Assembly: GCF_009914755.1 (NCBI RefSeq)
Contig: NC_060925.1
Reading direction: 5' to 3' (one strand)
Origin: the human T2T-CHM13v2.0 reference genome, Homo sapiens
Length of the DNA: 64,000 bases
Part shown: piece after piece, positions 11,405 through 24,955 of the stretch
How positions within the stretch are numbered: the stretch's first letter is position 1
Layout: every line of letters begins with the position of its first letter
Position numbers and translations under genes: made by a program
The notes under the pieces: generated by a model
Databases searched by the model: none
Told to the model about the DNA's origin: nothing
What the model saw: only the letters and a program-made list of their open reading frames with translations

Positions 11405-13707
11405 CTAAGACATTTTCTGGAATTCTTTGATTGATAATTTTTTCTTCTCAGTCTTTTATCTTGTCTCTTCCTTGAACACATTATTTCTGGTGTTGAACAT
11501 TCCAGACCACTTCTCCAATTTTCTTATACTTTTTTCTCCTATTTTTCACCTTTTAGATCTCTTTTTGTTGTTGATTTACTTTCTGTGAGGTTTACCAACT
11601 TTATCTAGTACAAGTTTTATGGAATTTAAAAATTGTTTCAGAGTTTAAGTTCCCAGATCCTCTTTTTTTAACTGTTCATTTTTCATGACTTCCAGTTCTT
11701 TAGTGGTGACGTATCTTTTCTCTCTGAAGACAGTATTTACAGTTACTGGAATTCCTTCCTGCTCTCCACCTGTCTTTGGTCTGTTTTCCTTTTCCCGTTT
11801 TGATCTCTGTCCTTCATGGTGCATCCTCCTGTTGACTCCTGACCATCTGTTCACATGGGGCTGCTGTGGGGTGACCGGGCCACGCAGTCTCCCTTGGCAG
11901 CTCTCAGCTGTCTGTATCCGTCAGCATTTTCTCTTGGTCTGGTCAGGTTTTCCCAGAGGGGACAGTCCGTTCTCCAGCCTGGGACAGAGGTCAGGGACAC
12001 ATGTGCTCCCTCCCTGGGTTGGCTCTTTATATGGTGAGTGGCAACTGGTTTTGGACCTCTCTCTTGCAGGCTGGGTCTGTGGGATGTAATTAGAAAGCAA
12101 CTTTATTTCTATTCACTTACATTTATTCATTGGAGGAGGAGTTTCTCTTTCCTAGGGTACACGTGGACATGCCTATGACTTTTCTGCTTTGTCTTATGTT
12201 TAAAAATGTCCTTCAGTCATTGCAGGTCACAAGCAGGCTATCAGCTCAGTAATTAAAATAATTCGGTTCTTCATAGTGAATGTAATTCTAAATTAGATTT
12301 TAAGTTGTAACTCCCTGCTTCAGCAATGGTGATGGGGCCTAGAAACCAGAGCACCTGAGCTCCATCCTACAGGGGGCCATACCGGGATCTTTCCATTTTC
12401 AGAGGCTTCTCTCTGACAGTGAAGTGTGATGACAGACTTGGGGGCAGGGCAATGGCTAGCTTCTGAAAGCCGCTGGCACTTTAGTGATAAATTTAAATTA
12501 AGTGACGGGTAGTGAGGTGTTTGTCAAGGAAAGTGCCGTCCAAATGCTAAATACTGATTATTTCTGCAGCAGTGACTGCAATACCTCACTCAATCTCTGT
12601 CTTTCTTGAAGAAGTCATAAATAAACACGATGAATCTATGTAGAAGCGGTAAGTCAGAAAAATCTGTGTGTTTCATTACATAAACAACGGTTTATCATTA
12701 ATTGACAGGCTTGGATTGGGAGTTGTTAATGAAACTGATGAGATGTTGGACAGATGAGCTCCCTCTTATTTCGAAGAGCTTATCTAGGGCTGAGTCATGG
12801 GACCTGATAGCGTCTTGTGGTGCTGTCTTCTTGTAGATATATCCGTGTTTTAGAGGATTTAGTTTTTTAAAATTTCTCTTAGAATGTGAATTTTACAAAA
12901 AAGCACTTCCCAAATGGATGATTATTTGAAAAATGAATTGTCAGACAAAACTGACACATCAGTTATGGAGAAAACCCTTCAAGAACTGGCTTTAAATGTG
13001 TTTTAGTGGGAGCCACAGTGTGGAGAGAAACAGAAGAGGGAGGAGAGGGCGCCCCTTGTTTCTTCTCTCCACAGCCAGGCCTTCGCCACCTTTCTCAGTG
13101 TCTTCAAGAATAAAATGCCTCCGTTGTTGGTTTTAGCTGCTTTTCTCCCTCGGGGTAGGTAAAGTGGTTCCAAAACGACAAGCATCCTGTAAAGTCGGAA
13201 GAGCTGTGTCAACATTAAGCTGCGTGACTTTGGCTATGAGGGAAAAAAGGCTGGTGAGTGCAGAGAAGACAGAGCTGTGGCAGGGCTCCTCCCGCCAAGT
13301 CGCCATGGAGAGGGGCTGTGAGGTGTCCTTAAACGGCCTGGTCTCCAGGGTGACTCAGGAAGGGCTGAGAATGGTCAGCTCCCTCACCTGCTAAACCCGC
13401 AGCGCCCCGCTCAGCACACACCCTCCACTCTCCAACCTTGCCCAAGTGCTGGTCCGTCACGGCACCAGGACAGGGCATGGAGACTTGGGCTGATTCTTTT
13501 CTCTCCCTTCCTCCCTCTTTTTTTTCTTCTCTCACTCCTCCTTTTCCTTTCCTGCTGTTTCCTGCTCTCCTGTTTCTGTCCTGCAGTGTCTGGAGCTCCA
13601 GAGAGGCTGGCCCTGGGGTGGGGTCCACATGGACATGGGCGTAAGCAGGTTTGATGGTCATGGGCATAGGCAGGTTCGATGGCCAGAGTTCTTTCAGCTC
13701 ACAGTAA

Positions 13708-14020
13708 GTTTTGTTTTGTTTTGTTTTGTTTTGTTTTGTTTTGTTTTAGATGGAGTCTTGCTTTGTCGCCCAGGCTGTAGTGCAGTGGCGTGATCTTGGC
13801 TCACTGCAGCCTCCACCTTAGAGCAATCCTCTTGCCTCATCCTCCCGGGTAGTTGGGACTACATGTGCATGCCACATGCCTGGCTAATTTTTGTATTTTT
13901 AGTAGAGACACGGTTTCACCATGTTGGCCAGGCTGGTGTCCAACTCCTGACCTCAGGTGATCCATCCGCCTCAGCCTCCCAAAGTGCCGGGATTACAGGT
14001 ATGAGCCACTGCACCTGGCC
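13708..14020 (-). mobile_element. Alu (S/J) with (GTTTT)n tail
   Basis: (GTTTT)n at 13708-13747 followed by a full antisense Alu body. Confidence 0.95.
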
Positions 14021-15875
14021 TCAGCTGACAGTAGGTTTTAGAGCCAGATATTTACACACTAACTTGCCAGAAACATATATGACTTTATTATTCTAATTGA
14101 TTTTAAGAGATATTATGAACTCAAATCCAAAGTTACGTCCCACCTATCATGACAATTTCATTAAGGAAAAAGTCAAACCATTTTGGAAATGATTTAAGTG
14201 AGCAACTTGGAAAAATTTTCTACATTCCTAACTTACTTTCCAGGGGATCGTTCCTGACTTAACATCTATCAGGTGTCTTAGCTTAGCTCTCTTTTTACTT
14301 CAGGTTTTTCTTGCCTCCTCAGTGTGCTGGGAGTCCCACTCCACTCAAATGCCCTCAGGTCTAATAATTAACTTCATTGCAGGCTCCTGGCAGGCCTGGG
14401 TGGGCGGCAGCTGCATTGTGCTCCTGAAGAAGATTTAAGTTGGGTTTGGTGAACTGGTAGAATTTGCATTTTGCTGTTTCTTTCCCTCTCCCAGAATTTG
14501 TACCTTTAAATAGGTTTTTTAGTGTCATTAAGTATATCAAAAGGAAACCCAGTGGGGCAAATTGGCCGGGCTCCATAGAGGTGGCCTTGTCTAAGCCTTT
14601 CATCTTATCGATAAGGAAAGACAGGACCAGAGAAGTCGCCGACTGTCCCTGGTCCCACTGCTTGGTTTGGGGCAATTTCCTGAAAATAATATCCAAGATG
14701 CAAAGCATATGGCTCTGGTGAGACGTGTGAGGAGCTGAGAATGAGACGGCTGAGTGTCGGGGGCAGATCACGAAGGGCTGCGCTCACCATCAGGAGGTCT
14801 GGACTTGGCTGTGAAAGACACAGGCCCTCATGTACGTCCAGGATGCGGTGACAGCGAGGCTTGCAGGAGACAGGTCCCTGCTGTGTGGGGGTGAAGCTGG
14901 AGGCAAGATGATGCCTGGAGCTAAGAGATGGTCACAGGAAATCCGGCAAGAATTAACGAGGACTGGACAGTGACAGGCAGGCCAAAGAGTGAGAGGAACT
15001 TCACTGGCAAGAGCCAACAGGGCTTGTTGATTTAGGAGAGGAGACAAAGGACTGAGGGGTTTGGGGGCTGGGGCCTGGGAGGGTGGAGAAGCCACTGTCT
15101 GCATTATGGGATGCAGGAGGAGAAGCATTCAGTTCTCCACACAATGAGTTCCCTGAGAGGTGTCTCAGTGGGATCGTGGTGCAGTTGGAAATGTTCATGA
15201 GAAAGATGAGAAGCGGCACCAGCAGCAAACATCCAGGAACCCAGAAACCATCAGCACAGGTGCCTGCTGAGTCCCATAGACCCACTAATGGCCCACCAGG
15301 ACCAACCAGGAAGCAAGTGTGGAGCTGGGAGTGAGGGAGCTGGGTGTGGAGATCAGGGGGAAGACTGTCATCTAAAGGGCGAGAGTGGGAAGGATGGAGT
15401 CATCTGTAGCTAGAGGGAACCACCATTAGTCAGTCCTTGTGATGAAGGTGCAAGATGTTCCTGCTTCCGCGCACGTCGCTCCTGGGCTGTGGGCAAGTTT
15501 GGAACTGCTGTTGTTCCCCAGCATAGTCTCAAGCGAGTGGAATGACGGTTTCCTATAGAAGCACAGTTCCTACAGGAAAGAAGGCGTGGTTAAGAGCATG
15601 AGGGCCAAGGAAAAGGAGGGGATTAGAGATAGCCAGCAGTGAGGGAGACGGTTCCAGATACGAGCCGAGTGGGCAAAGCAGGGAATTCAAGAGAGAGAGG
15701 AGCATATATTACGCAAATTTTAAATTTTTTGGTAGCAAGCAACCTAGCAAAACTAGCTGAATCCAAAGGGGATTTATTGGCTCACATCATAAAAATCTAG
15801 TGAAAGATTCTAGCTGAAGTCATAACTAGATATACGAGTTTAAATAATTTTGTCAGAAACTGTTTCTTTGCTGCT

Positions 15876-16145
15876 CATCCACCTATCCATCCACCCATCT
15901 ATCCAACCCTCCCTCCCTCCATCCACCCATCCACCCACCTACCCACTCACCCGTGTCTTTATCCATTGATCCACGTGCACATCCATCCTTTCATCTCTAC
16001 TTTCCTCCATCCCTCTCCCTTGCCTCCCTCCCCATCCATCTGCCCATCCCTCCATCCACCTCTTCATCTCTCCTTTCCTCCCTCCCCCATCCCTCCACCC
16101 CCTGTTCACCCACCCATTCATCCATCCCTGCATCTTTCCGTCCAC
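15876..16145. repeat. (TCCA/TCCC)n pyrimidine-rich low-complexity tract
   Basis: Directly visible CCAT/CCCT repeats. Confidence 0.85.
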
Positions 16146-17993
16146 TTCTCTGTCTTCTTGTCTCTGCTTCTCTTTGTATTTTGTTCTCACTATTCTCTAT
16201 TTCATAAGGCTTCCTGAAAGCGGCATCCATTTATTCCTTGTAGCAAGATCCCTAGAGAAAGACTCATAATTTATCTCTCAGTGTTCATAAACTCTCAGGG
16301 CAAGTTTTATTTGGCCTGACTTGGATCACCTGCCAATATCTGAACGGATTGCACACCCAGGTAATGGAGTATTTTAATCACTGCAGACCCCCCACCCTCA
16401 CCTGACCAGTGCCCCACAGCAGGACCACGAGCAGGGCCAAGGTGTCTCCAAGGTGCTGAGGAGCTGAGCGCTCAGCCAGCCCACGGCCACGATGGTGTGC
16501 CGCCGAAGCCACGCGGCTTACTTCACAGCCAGGATCCGGGATCAGGCTATGTCCCATGCAGCCTGATGAAGGGTAAAAAAGAGCCCAATGCAGAGTGCTG
16601 GGGAAGCATAGAGAGAGCCGGGGCACCTGACCCAGCCTGGGACGGTCAAGGGTGACTGCCGTGCAGGAGTTGGCATCTGAGCTGTTCCTTAATTAGAAAG
16701 CCTGGCACAGAATGAAGAATGCATTCCTCAAACTGAGTCAGGGTGCAGGGATCCACATGACCGTGCTCCTCTTATCCTTAGGAAGGGACAAGAGACTTCT
16801 ATCCTTTGGCCTGCAGCTGCTGAAATGACCCTTGCAAGTACTGAATCATCTTTAATGAAAAAATACACTAATATGCTGCAAATTTGGAGCTTATCCTTTC
16901 AGTCCAATCCATGGGGAAGGTGTGAATTAAAGACCCTGTGCGTGTGCTGGAGGCATCGTGGACTTTTGTTCACGATTTCCTTTCCTTTTGATGCTTCAGT
17001 TATGGTGGTTGCAGCTCTATAAGCTGTGTGATATGGGCAATTCCTCTCACCTTTTGACCACTATTTTTCTTACTAATGAAATGAATACATACAAGAATAC
17101 TTGAAGTTTAAATAATGAAACATCTGATACTCACAGGCACTACAGTATTGGCTGAATTCTTAAGTGACTATAGGACACCTTTAAGCATGTTCTAGGGCAG
17201 GATAACCAAGGACACCATCTCACGTGCCAGGAAATGAGGGGCCTGTGTCCAATAAGTCCCTGGCTCCATGTGGCTCTGCTGTTGCCCACTTCTCTTGGAC
17301 CCTGGTTGTGGTCTTCCCTTGCCACGGGGCCTTTGCTGGTGATACTCCCTCTGCCTGGAGTACCTCCATAATGTCCACTGCTGGGGCCTTGCCCATATTC
17401 TCTACATGTGGCACTGCAGTGCCCCCCCAGCCAGCTCCCAGGGGCCAGTGCCCCCAGTTCCTTGTCCAAGGTCTTTGTCCCGCAGCTAAAACCCAATCTG
17501 CTGCCACCGGCTCCATCCACAGGCAAAAGTTCCCGGGAATAAATGCGTCAAGGCACAGCCCTCAGGAGACCTTGGTTACGGACATCTATCCATCTCCTCG
17601 CCCTCTGGGGTGAATACATCTCAGGTGCACTCTTTTGGGTGTTTCTTTTTGCTTTTGTTGTTTGCATTGGCTCCCAGAGTCTGACAGTGGCAGAAGGCTC
17701 CAGCTGCCCACAGTGGTGACTGGTTTTAAGCGTACCCTTTGTTGGCCATCTTCCTCTCTCTTGGAAATAAACAGCCTGCACTCCAATCCTTGTCACAGGG
17801 TCAGCTCCTGAGGGATCTTCTTGGCCTTGCTAATGCTGGCTTATCCTTCAGAATTTAGCTTCCATTTTCACTTCTTCATGGGAGTCTTCTTGAGTATAGT
17901 CTCCTCGTCATGTCTGCCGCTTCTTCCTGAGTCAGGGAATATCTCTTAGGCCATATCTATTATAGTCGTGGTCTGACTTATATTTGTGGTCAA

Positions 17994-18125
17994 TTTTTTT
18001 TTCTTAATTTTTCGTAGAGACGGGGTCTCACTATGTTGCCCAGGCTGGTCTCAAACTCTAAGTGATCCTCCTGCCTCAGCCTCCCAAACTGCTGGGATTA
18101 CAGGCTTGAGCCACCAAGCCTGGCC
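17994..18125 (-). mobile_element. Alu monomer (FLAM/AluJ left arm)
   Basis: GTAGAGACGGGGTCTCACTATGTTGCCCAGGCTGG...GAGCCACCAAGCCTGGCC. Confidence 0.85.
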
Positions 18126-18290
18126 TATGTTTGTGGTCTCTTTGACTAAAAATGATCTTTTCTTCTAACCTGAAATCTCCTGAGGGATGGAACTTTGTGT
18201 CTCTTTGGTTTATCCCAGCATATAAATAGTTACGCATTTTTGAATTAACAAATGAGCACAAATTTGTATCAAATTATTATCTAGGACAAG

Positions 18291-18468
18291 CAGTGGAAAA
18301 AAATTCTGTAAAGGGCCGGGTAACTGTTTTAAGCTTTAAGGGCCATGCAGTTTCTGTTGCAGTTACCAACTCTGCTGTTGAAGGGTGAAGACGTGGGTAG
18401 GTAATATATAAAGGAATGAGCATGTCTGGATGTTCCAATAAAATTTTATTTTCAAAAATAAGCAGCAG
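18291..18468 (+). mobile_element. MER58A-like hAT-Charlie DNA transposon fragment
   Basis: TTCTGTAAAGGGCC...GGGCCATGCAGTTTCTGTTGCAGTTACCAACTCTGC...TGTTCCAATAAAATTTTATTT matches the recalled MER58A consensus. Confidence 0.7.
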
Positions 18469-18469
18469 A

Positions 18470-21170
18470 GGAGAGCTTCTGGAATGGTGGTGTGAGGAGC
18501 TTGGCAGGCCCTCTATCCAGGGAAATAACCATTTAACCTCCGAACATTCATTTTTTTAAAACTAGAAATTATCCTAAAGGCATACAGCAGGTGGATAAAT
18601 ATTTACTCAAATAAATAATCAAATCTCAGTAAGAACGGTAAGGATCAGTGGTATCAGAGCCACAATCCACCGCTCCCCACCCTCAAAGCGCATTGTGATG
18701 AAAGCTCTGCTCCAGGAAGGTCCAGCTAACAAGATGCTGTGGTCTGTCTTCCCGGCTCCTGGTCTAGGGCTGTGGTTTCACCCCAGGAAGGCAGGCCACC
18801 AGCATCTCTCATCCCTCTCAGTTTGCACTGCAGAAGCACCGTTCCAGGAAGTTGCAACTGAGAGGACTAGGGCTCCCCTGCTTCAGCCTGTGCTTGTCCT
18901 CAGAGGGTGGGAGCCCCATCCCAGGTGTGGCAGACTGAGCACATCTGCCTGGATTGCCCCACACCAAGTCACTCACAGTGTGGAGGTTCCATGTCTGGAG
19001 GGGCAAGCTAGGAAGACAAGAGGCTACCATGCCCACCCAGCTACTGGCTCATGCAGCAAGGGTGTCGCTCTGGTGGAACTGGATCACGGTCCCCAGGAGC
19101 AGAGGAGACCTAAGAGCAGAGCATGTCCCTGAGGTGACAGACTTTACTTGGAGAACAGCATGCGGAAGTTCAAGCCCAAGGAAGTTGGCAAAAATAGTGG
19201 AGATTTTGTTGATGAACAATTAAGAGTGGGTGAAATGGTAGACTAGATAGAACTTAAACAGAGGGAACAAGGAAGAGAGATTGTTGAGAAGAGCTCCGGG
19301 GTCTGAGCAGACTTGAAAAGCTGGCAACACTCTGCCCCTGCAAAAGAGCCTGATGTTCACTGGATGAGTCTATGGAGCAATTTGTGCCCCAGGCATCATA
19401 AAAAATGATAGAGCACTTGCATTTAGTGGATGTTAACAGCTGTGTGTGACACCAAAGAGAGACAGACCAGCAGAAGCTTAACAGAGAGCCCAGAGAAAAC
19501 CACAGATACCACAGGTGGTCGGAGAGACTGTGTGCTAGTCCAAGGCTGTGCCCTCTGAGGAGCAATATCAGAGCTACGTCCCTAATCAAATAAACAAGCA
19601 ATCAAACAGAAATAGCAGCCCCTGCGGGTCGGGGTCAGAATCCAGATTTGCTATGATATATTACCTAAAATGCCAGTTTCCACAAAAATGCAAGAAAACA
19701 GGAAAGTGAGACCCATGCTCAGGAAAACAGAAGGCAACAGAAACTATGACAAATTCCAGACATCGGATTAACAGACAAAGACAGCCAGTGTCAAAACAGC
19801 CACAGAAACATATTCAAGTTACTAAAGGAGACCATGTTAAAAGAATTAAAAGAAATTATGATGACAGTGTCCCATCTAATAAGGAATATCAATAAAGAAA
19901 TAAAAATTATTTTAAAAAACAAAAAATTGTGGAGTTGAAAAGAACAATAACTGAAATGAAAAGTTCACTCAGGGGCCCAGCAGTAAATTGGAACAGTCAG
20001 AAGAAAGAACCAGCAGACTTGAAGTTATGTCAATAGAGATTATACAACCTGAAAAACAGAGAGGGAAAAATAATTAAGAAAAATGAATAGAAGCTTGGGA
20101 CATCCTTAATGAGAGTACCAGAGGAGATGTGAGAGAGAAAGAAGCAGAAAAAAAGTTCCAAGCAGAAAAAATGTCCAAGAAATAATAGCTGAAAAGCTCC
20201 CAAATTTGCTGAAAAATGTTAACCTACACATTCAAGAAGCCCAAAAAGCTCTACACAAAGAGACACACCTAGACACACACACCTGGACACACACACCTGG
20301 ACACAAACACCTAGACACACACACCTGGACACACACACCTAGACGCACACACCTGGACGCACACACCTAGACAAACACACCTGGACACACACACCTAGAC
20401 ACACACACCTAGACACACACTCCTGGACACACACACCTAGACACACACACCTGGACAAACACACCTGGACACACACACCTAGACACACACACCTGGACAC
20501 ACACACCTAGACACACACACCTAGAGACACACACCTGGACACACACACCTAGACACACACACCTGGACACACACACCTGGACGCACACACCTGGACACAC
20601 ATACCTAGACACACCAGAATCAAAATGTTCAAGACAAAGACAAGGAGAAACCTTGAAAGGAACAGAATAAAATGGCTCACCACAAAGAAGGGAACCCAGT
20701 AGGATTAACACTTGATCTGTCTGTAAAAGGATGGAGGCCAGAAGGCAGTGGGATAACATATTCAGAGTGCTCAGAGGAAGAAACTATTAATCCACAATCC
20801 TATATCCAGCAAGGCCATCTGTCAGACATGAAGGTGAAATAAATTTCAAGATAAGCAAAAACGGAGAGAATTTCTTGCTAGCTGAACTGCTTTATGAGAT
20901 ATTAAAGGAATTCTTCAGGCTGAAAACAAGTGAACTCATACGATTTTCAAATCCACACAAAAAAGCAAAGGGCAGTAGTAAAGGTAATTATGTACTTTTT
21001 AAAAAAGGTATAAATGCATATATTTTCTCCTGTTTTCAAAAGCAACTGCATAGGACAATAAGTATGGAATTGTATTATTGGACGCATAACATACAGAAAT
21101 GTAATATACTTGACAATAACAGTACAAAGGAGGCAAATGGGAAAAACTGCACTGGAGTAAGGAAATGGCC
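18470..21170 (+). mobile_element. Old L1M 5' region with decayed ORF1 (5' boundary approximate)
   Basis: Translates to NLHIQEAQ (~20221), PRH (~20604) and MEARRQWDNIFRVL...ILYPA...EGEI (~20731-20841), which are L1 ORF1p motifs; stops and frameshifts present. Confidence 0.8.
20261..20614. repeat. 14-bp tandem repeat (CCTRGACACACACA) x~25 inside L1 ORF1
   Basis: CCT at 20268, 20282, 20296 and onward gives period 14. Confidence 0.95.
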
Positions 21171-21171
21171 A

Positions 21172-21391
21172 CATATTGTATAATCCCATTTATATGAAAT
21201 GTCCAGAATAGGCAAATCCACAGAAGTAGAAAGTAGATTCATAGTTGCCTGGGCTTGCGATGTGGGTGCAAGAAAGAAGGAAATGAGTACTAATGAGCAT
21301 GTTTCCCTTAGGGAATGACAAAAATGTGATGATTTCACAGCTCTATGAACGTACTAAAAACCATTGTAGTATTAAAAAAAAAAAAAAAAAA
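21172..21391 (+). mobile_element. L1M 3' end fragment with poly(A)
   Basis: CCATTTATATGAAATGTCCAGAATAGGCAAATCCACAG...; A-tract at 21375-21391. Confidence 0.7.
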
Positions 21392-22468
21392 GAACAAAAG
21401 AAAAGAAGAGTAGAATTTTGGGTACATAATTGTAAAATCAATCTTTAGTGGAAAGCTCTGTTATCCAGAAACTCAAAATTAGCTACATAACTTCCCCAGA
21501 AATATTCATCCGCAGCAAATATTCATCAGAGACAGAATCCAAACCCAGGTCTGTGTGAATCTAAAGTTTATTTTCCTCCACCTGCCTTAACAACAAATTA
21601 TTGAATAACTCAAGGACACAATACCTCGAAAGAGTCTGAAACATTTCTGTGATGAATTTACTTATGAATCCCAATACTCTTGATTCTAGATGATGTGTTT
21701 TGTTCAGCATCTGTTTCAGTCATATCAAGTAAAACCACTTCCCCCAGGTAATATAGTTTTCCTTTTTACTTTTTCCCTTGGCCTCAGCATTTACAGCCCC
21801 GTGCAGACTGTTTTAACAAACGCGTTGGTGAGGTGTGGTAGAATCACAGGCAAAGGCGTGCTTTGCTGTGCTGTGTAGGTACATATCAAACGCTCACCAA
21901 GAAATTATAAAATATTATTCATAGCAGTTTTTTTCTTCAGTATTTTATGGGCTAAGTGCAATCTGGCTTTTGATAACAACGGCTGAATAATATTTGAGTT
22001 TGCCAGCTGAAATGTCCTAAATATCTTATTGATTCATTTATTGCCTCTTCAAATAACAAGGCAACAAGACAGTGTCAGAATGCTCAGTGTTTTTACTTTT
22101 TTGTCTATCATGGGATGGTGTCAGTTTCAGTAAAAACGATGTCTCTTATTTTGGTCCACATTGTAGGAATCTCACCAGTGACACGCGTTTGTGAAAAGCT
22201 GTGAATATTCAGTGCCACAGGGTTAAACCTCGGTACAGAAGCGAGACCCTGCTGGGCAGAGAAAGGGTGACCTGGAAGGTGTGTGAGGGCCCCGCCCATG
22301 GGCCCCTGTGATGGTCATGGCCTCAAGAATCACAGTCCAGGTGAGGCCCTGAATATCCACAGCCAGGACCAGTTCCCTCTGCTCTTGGGTGCCAAGGCCA
22401 CCGTCAGCCAGGAGAGGCCTGCAGAATCAGCCTGTGCACCTCTCTGACGATAAGCAGAGATGCTGGTT

Positions 22469-22610
22469 TAGAGACTTGCTACTCACGGGGAAGTCCTTGG
22501 GCCTCCTGTACTCACATTACCTGGAACTTCTTGGAAATTCAGAATCTCAGGCCCCAACCCAGACGGACTGAATCAAAATCTTCATTGTGGTAAGACCCTC
22601 GGTGACACAC
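22469..22610. mobile_element. MER5A-like DNA transposon fragment
   Basis: ATTACCTGGAACTTCTTGGAAATTCAGAATCTCAGGCCCCAACCCAGAC...CTGAATCAAAATCT. Confidence 0.65.
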
Positions 22611-22632
22611 AGGCCTGGGAAGCACAGGTTAG

Positions 22633-22785
22633 CGTGTCACCTTGGGCAAAGCTCTCAGCATTGTGAGCCTCTGTTTTCTACTCTGTAAAGGAGGCATGAA
22701 TATCTACAACATCAGTTTGCCATGAGTATTGAAAAATAATGTCTTAGAAGCACAGGGCAGAGCCTGGCATGTAGTTTGTGCTCAG
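22633..22785 (+). mobile_element. MIR SINE fragment
   Basis: GTCACCTTGGGCAA...GAGCCTCTGTTTTCTACTCTGTAAA...GCCTGGCATGTAG...GCTCA is the MIR core. Confidence 0.7.
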
Positions 22786-24955
22786 TGCACAGCAGACAAG
22801 AAACCACATGCACCAGACCTGGGCGGCCGTCGGCAGCCCACCCTGAGCAACCATGGGTGGCCCTCTTGTCTCTCGGGACAAGAAATGCTTCTTTAGAAAT
22901 GCTTCTTTCCTTTCTAAAATGAAAGTTTTGGACAGTATTTCCTTTCATTTAAAAATTTCATCTGTGTATTTGATGGCCTCTGTTGTTTCTTTCCTGAAAC
23001 TCCTGCTAACATACTGGGAGCTGAAGAAGGGCTCCGTGAAGGCGAGTAGGGGTGCCTGTCCCTCCCAGGGAGGAGCTTCCCTCCTCTCACCTGCTGCACG
23101 AGCCCTAGTGCTTCACCAACTCCAGCCTCAGTGCCCTGACACTGGGGGAGGGAAAGGAAGCGCACGCACCAGCCGTTCCACCCACCGAAGTTGTTTGGTC
23201 CCAATCTGCAAAATCAGTTAAACGTCTTCCTGCCTGGCAGCAGATCAAAGGGTGAGGGGTCTGGGACAGACAGAGACGGCTAGAGAATGGATGGTGAAGT
23301 GCTCAGAGGCCCTGTGGGCTATCCCACACTCGGCGGAAGACAGCAACACCATCAAATCTCCACCCTTTGTTATCCATGACTTAAAGAAAAGTGAACAGGG
23401 AGGTGGACAACTGTGCAAAGACTGGCTGGAGTCAAATCCTGGGCATAGGTGAAGCATCGAGAATGCTTGTCACACGTTTGAATGTGCAGGGGGACTCTGA
23501 CTGGAAGCTCCTAGCAGAGGCTGAAGACACTGGTTAGGTCCTGGTGCGTGCCTTGGGATGCATCCCAGGCAACGGGCCCAGGAGCTTGAGGTCATGTCCA
23601 CCTGGCTCACCAGGGAGTCCTGCACCATTCTTCAAACCTAACTGGAAGAGACACTGATCCTTCCTCCCACCTAAGGGCTCCCAGAGCCACAGGTCTCCGA
23701 CTCTCCTGCAACACCTCCTGCTGCCTGTTCCCACCGCCCATGATTCACTCAGTCACCATCCTCAGCAGCACCCGACAGCCTCTGTGTGTCTGTGTCACTC
23801 ACCATTACCAGCCCCCTGGGTGCCCAATGCATGTATGTTAGACAGAACAAATGCACGGCGGCCTTCAGCAGCACCGACCGCGTCAACCCCTCTCTGTGCT
23901 CACACCAGGAGTGATCAGCGCACACGCCCTCCCACAGGATGGGAGAAGGTGATAACAGCTGAGCTGGGTGTCCAGAAGCCAGCCCCACCCCACAGCCACT
24001 ACTGAGAGGTTATGAGATCATGGCCTTATCCCGAGTAATGCTGCTGCAGTGAACTGGGACTTTTTTCCTCTGAATTCAAAGGTGGGGCAGTCTAGGCACC
24101 TGGATGCACCATCTGCTCTGTCCCGGCCTGGTGGCTGCTCACTGTGGGATGCTGTGCGATTAGACAGTTACTATCTTTCCCTGGTTGACGGATTAGAGTT
24201 TCCCTTTTCTGAGCATCTTGTTTTGAAGTGATCCGAAGTGTTTAGGGTTAAAGAGCGTGATTTTCCCAAACTGTCCAAAGAAATAGAAGCAGGTCTGCAA
24301 GAGGGGGGTGCCCAGAGCCTTGAGATGGAAGCGGGATGGGGTGAGACCTGGGGAGCTCTCCAGGCCGCCGGGAAGCTGCACGTCATCCTCTGGACCTCTT
24401 TGCTGACTGTGTGCTGTCACCACAGCAGCCGCCTTCTCTCATCTGTAAACAGGATTTTACGTAAATTTCCATACACTTGGTTGTTGACAATTAAGTAGAT
24501 TGTTTTTAAAGATACTTGAAATGATATCAGAATTTCCTAAATATATCATTAAAACAGGAAACTTAGTTACCTACTCACTCGAATCACTAGAGAATACCAA
24601 ATAGGAATAGGAAGATAACACACTGGTAAGAAAAATGTCCAAGGCCAATCACAGGAGTCAAAGCTCGTGATCAAATCAGCTCTGCCTGGGGAGGCCGTGC
24701 TCATGGCACCATTTAGTGACAAGTGGGTGACTCTGGGGCAAGTTCCAGGGGTGTCACCCCCAAGGCAGCAGCTCAGGTGCAGCCACCATGGAGGCAGTTT
24801 CACTGAGGGGCCCTCTGAGGCCCCTACTCTGAGATTCTAAGACAGGGTTTGAAGAATGTTCCAGCATTTGAACACATGAACCCTATGATGTCCTGCTGTG
24901 AGAGAGAACAGTGTCCCAATTTTGCCCAGGTGATTTGAACATCTCGGTATGGATC

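Larger units (their letters stand above)
22167..24572 (+). ncRNA. LINC01128: LINC01128 alternative terminal exon (short isoform; end approximate)
   Basis: Acceptor TTGTAG| at 22166; ATTAAA at 24548-24553; fits a recalled short isoform. Confidence 0.55.

Noticed and set aside
12366-12379. Possible second CTCF site CCTACAGGGGGCCA
   Set aside because: Several mismatches to the core; cannot be supported without ChIP data.
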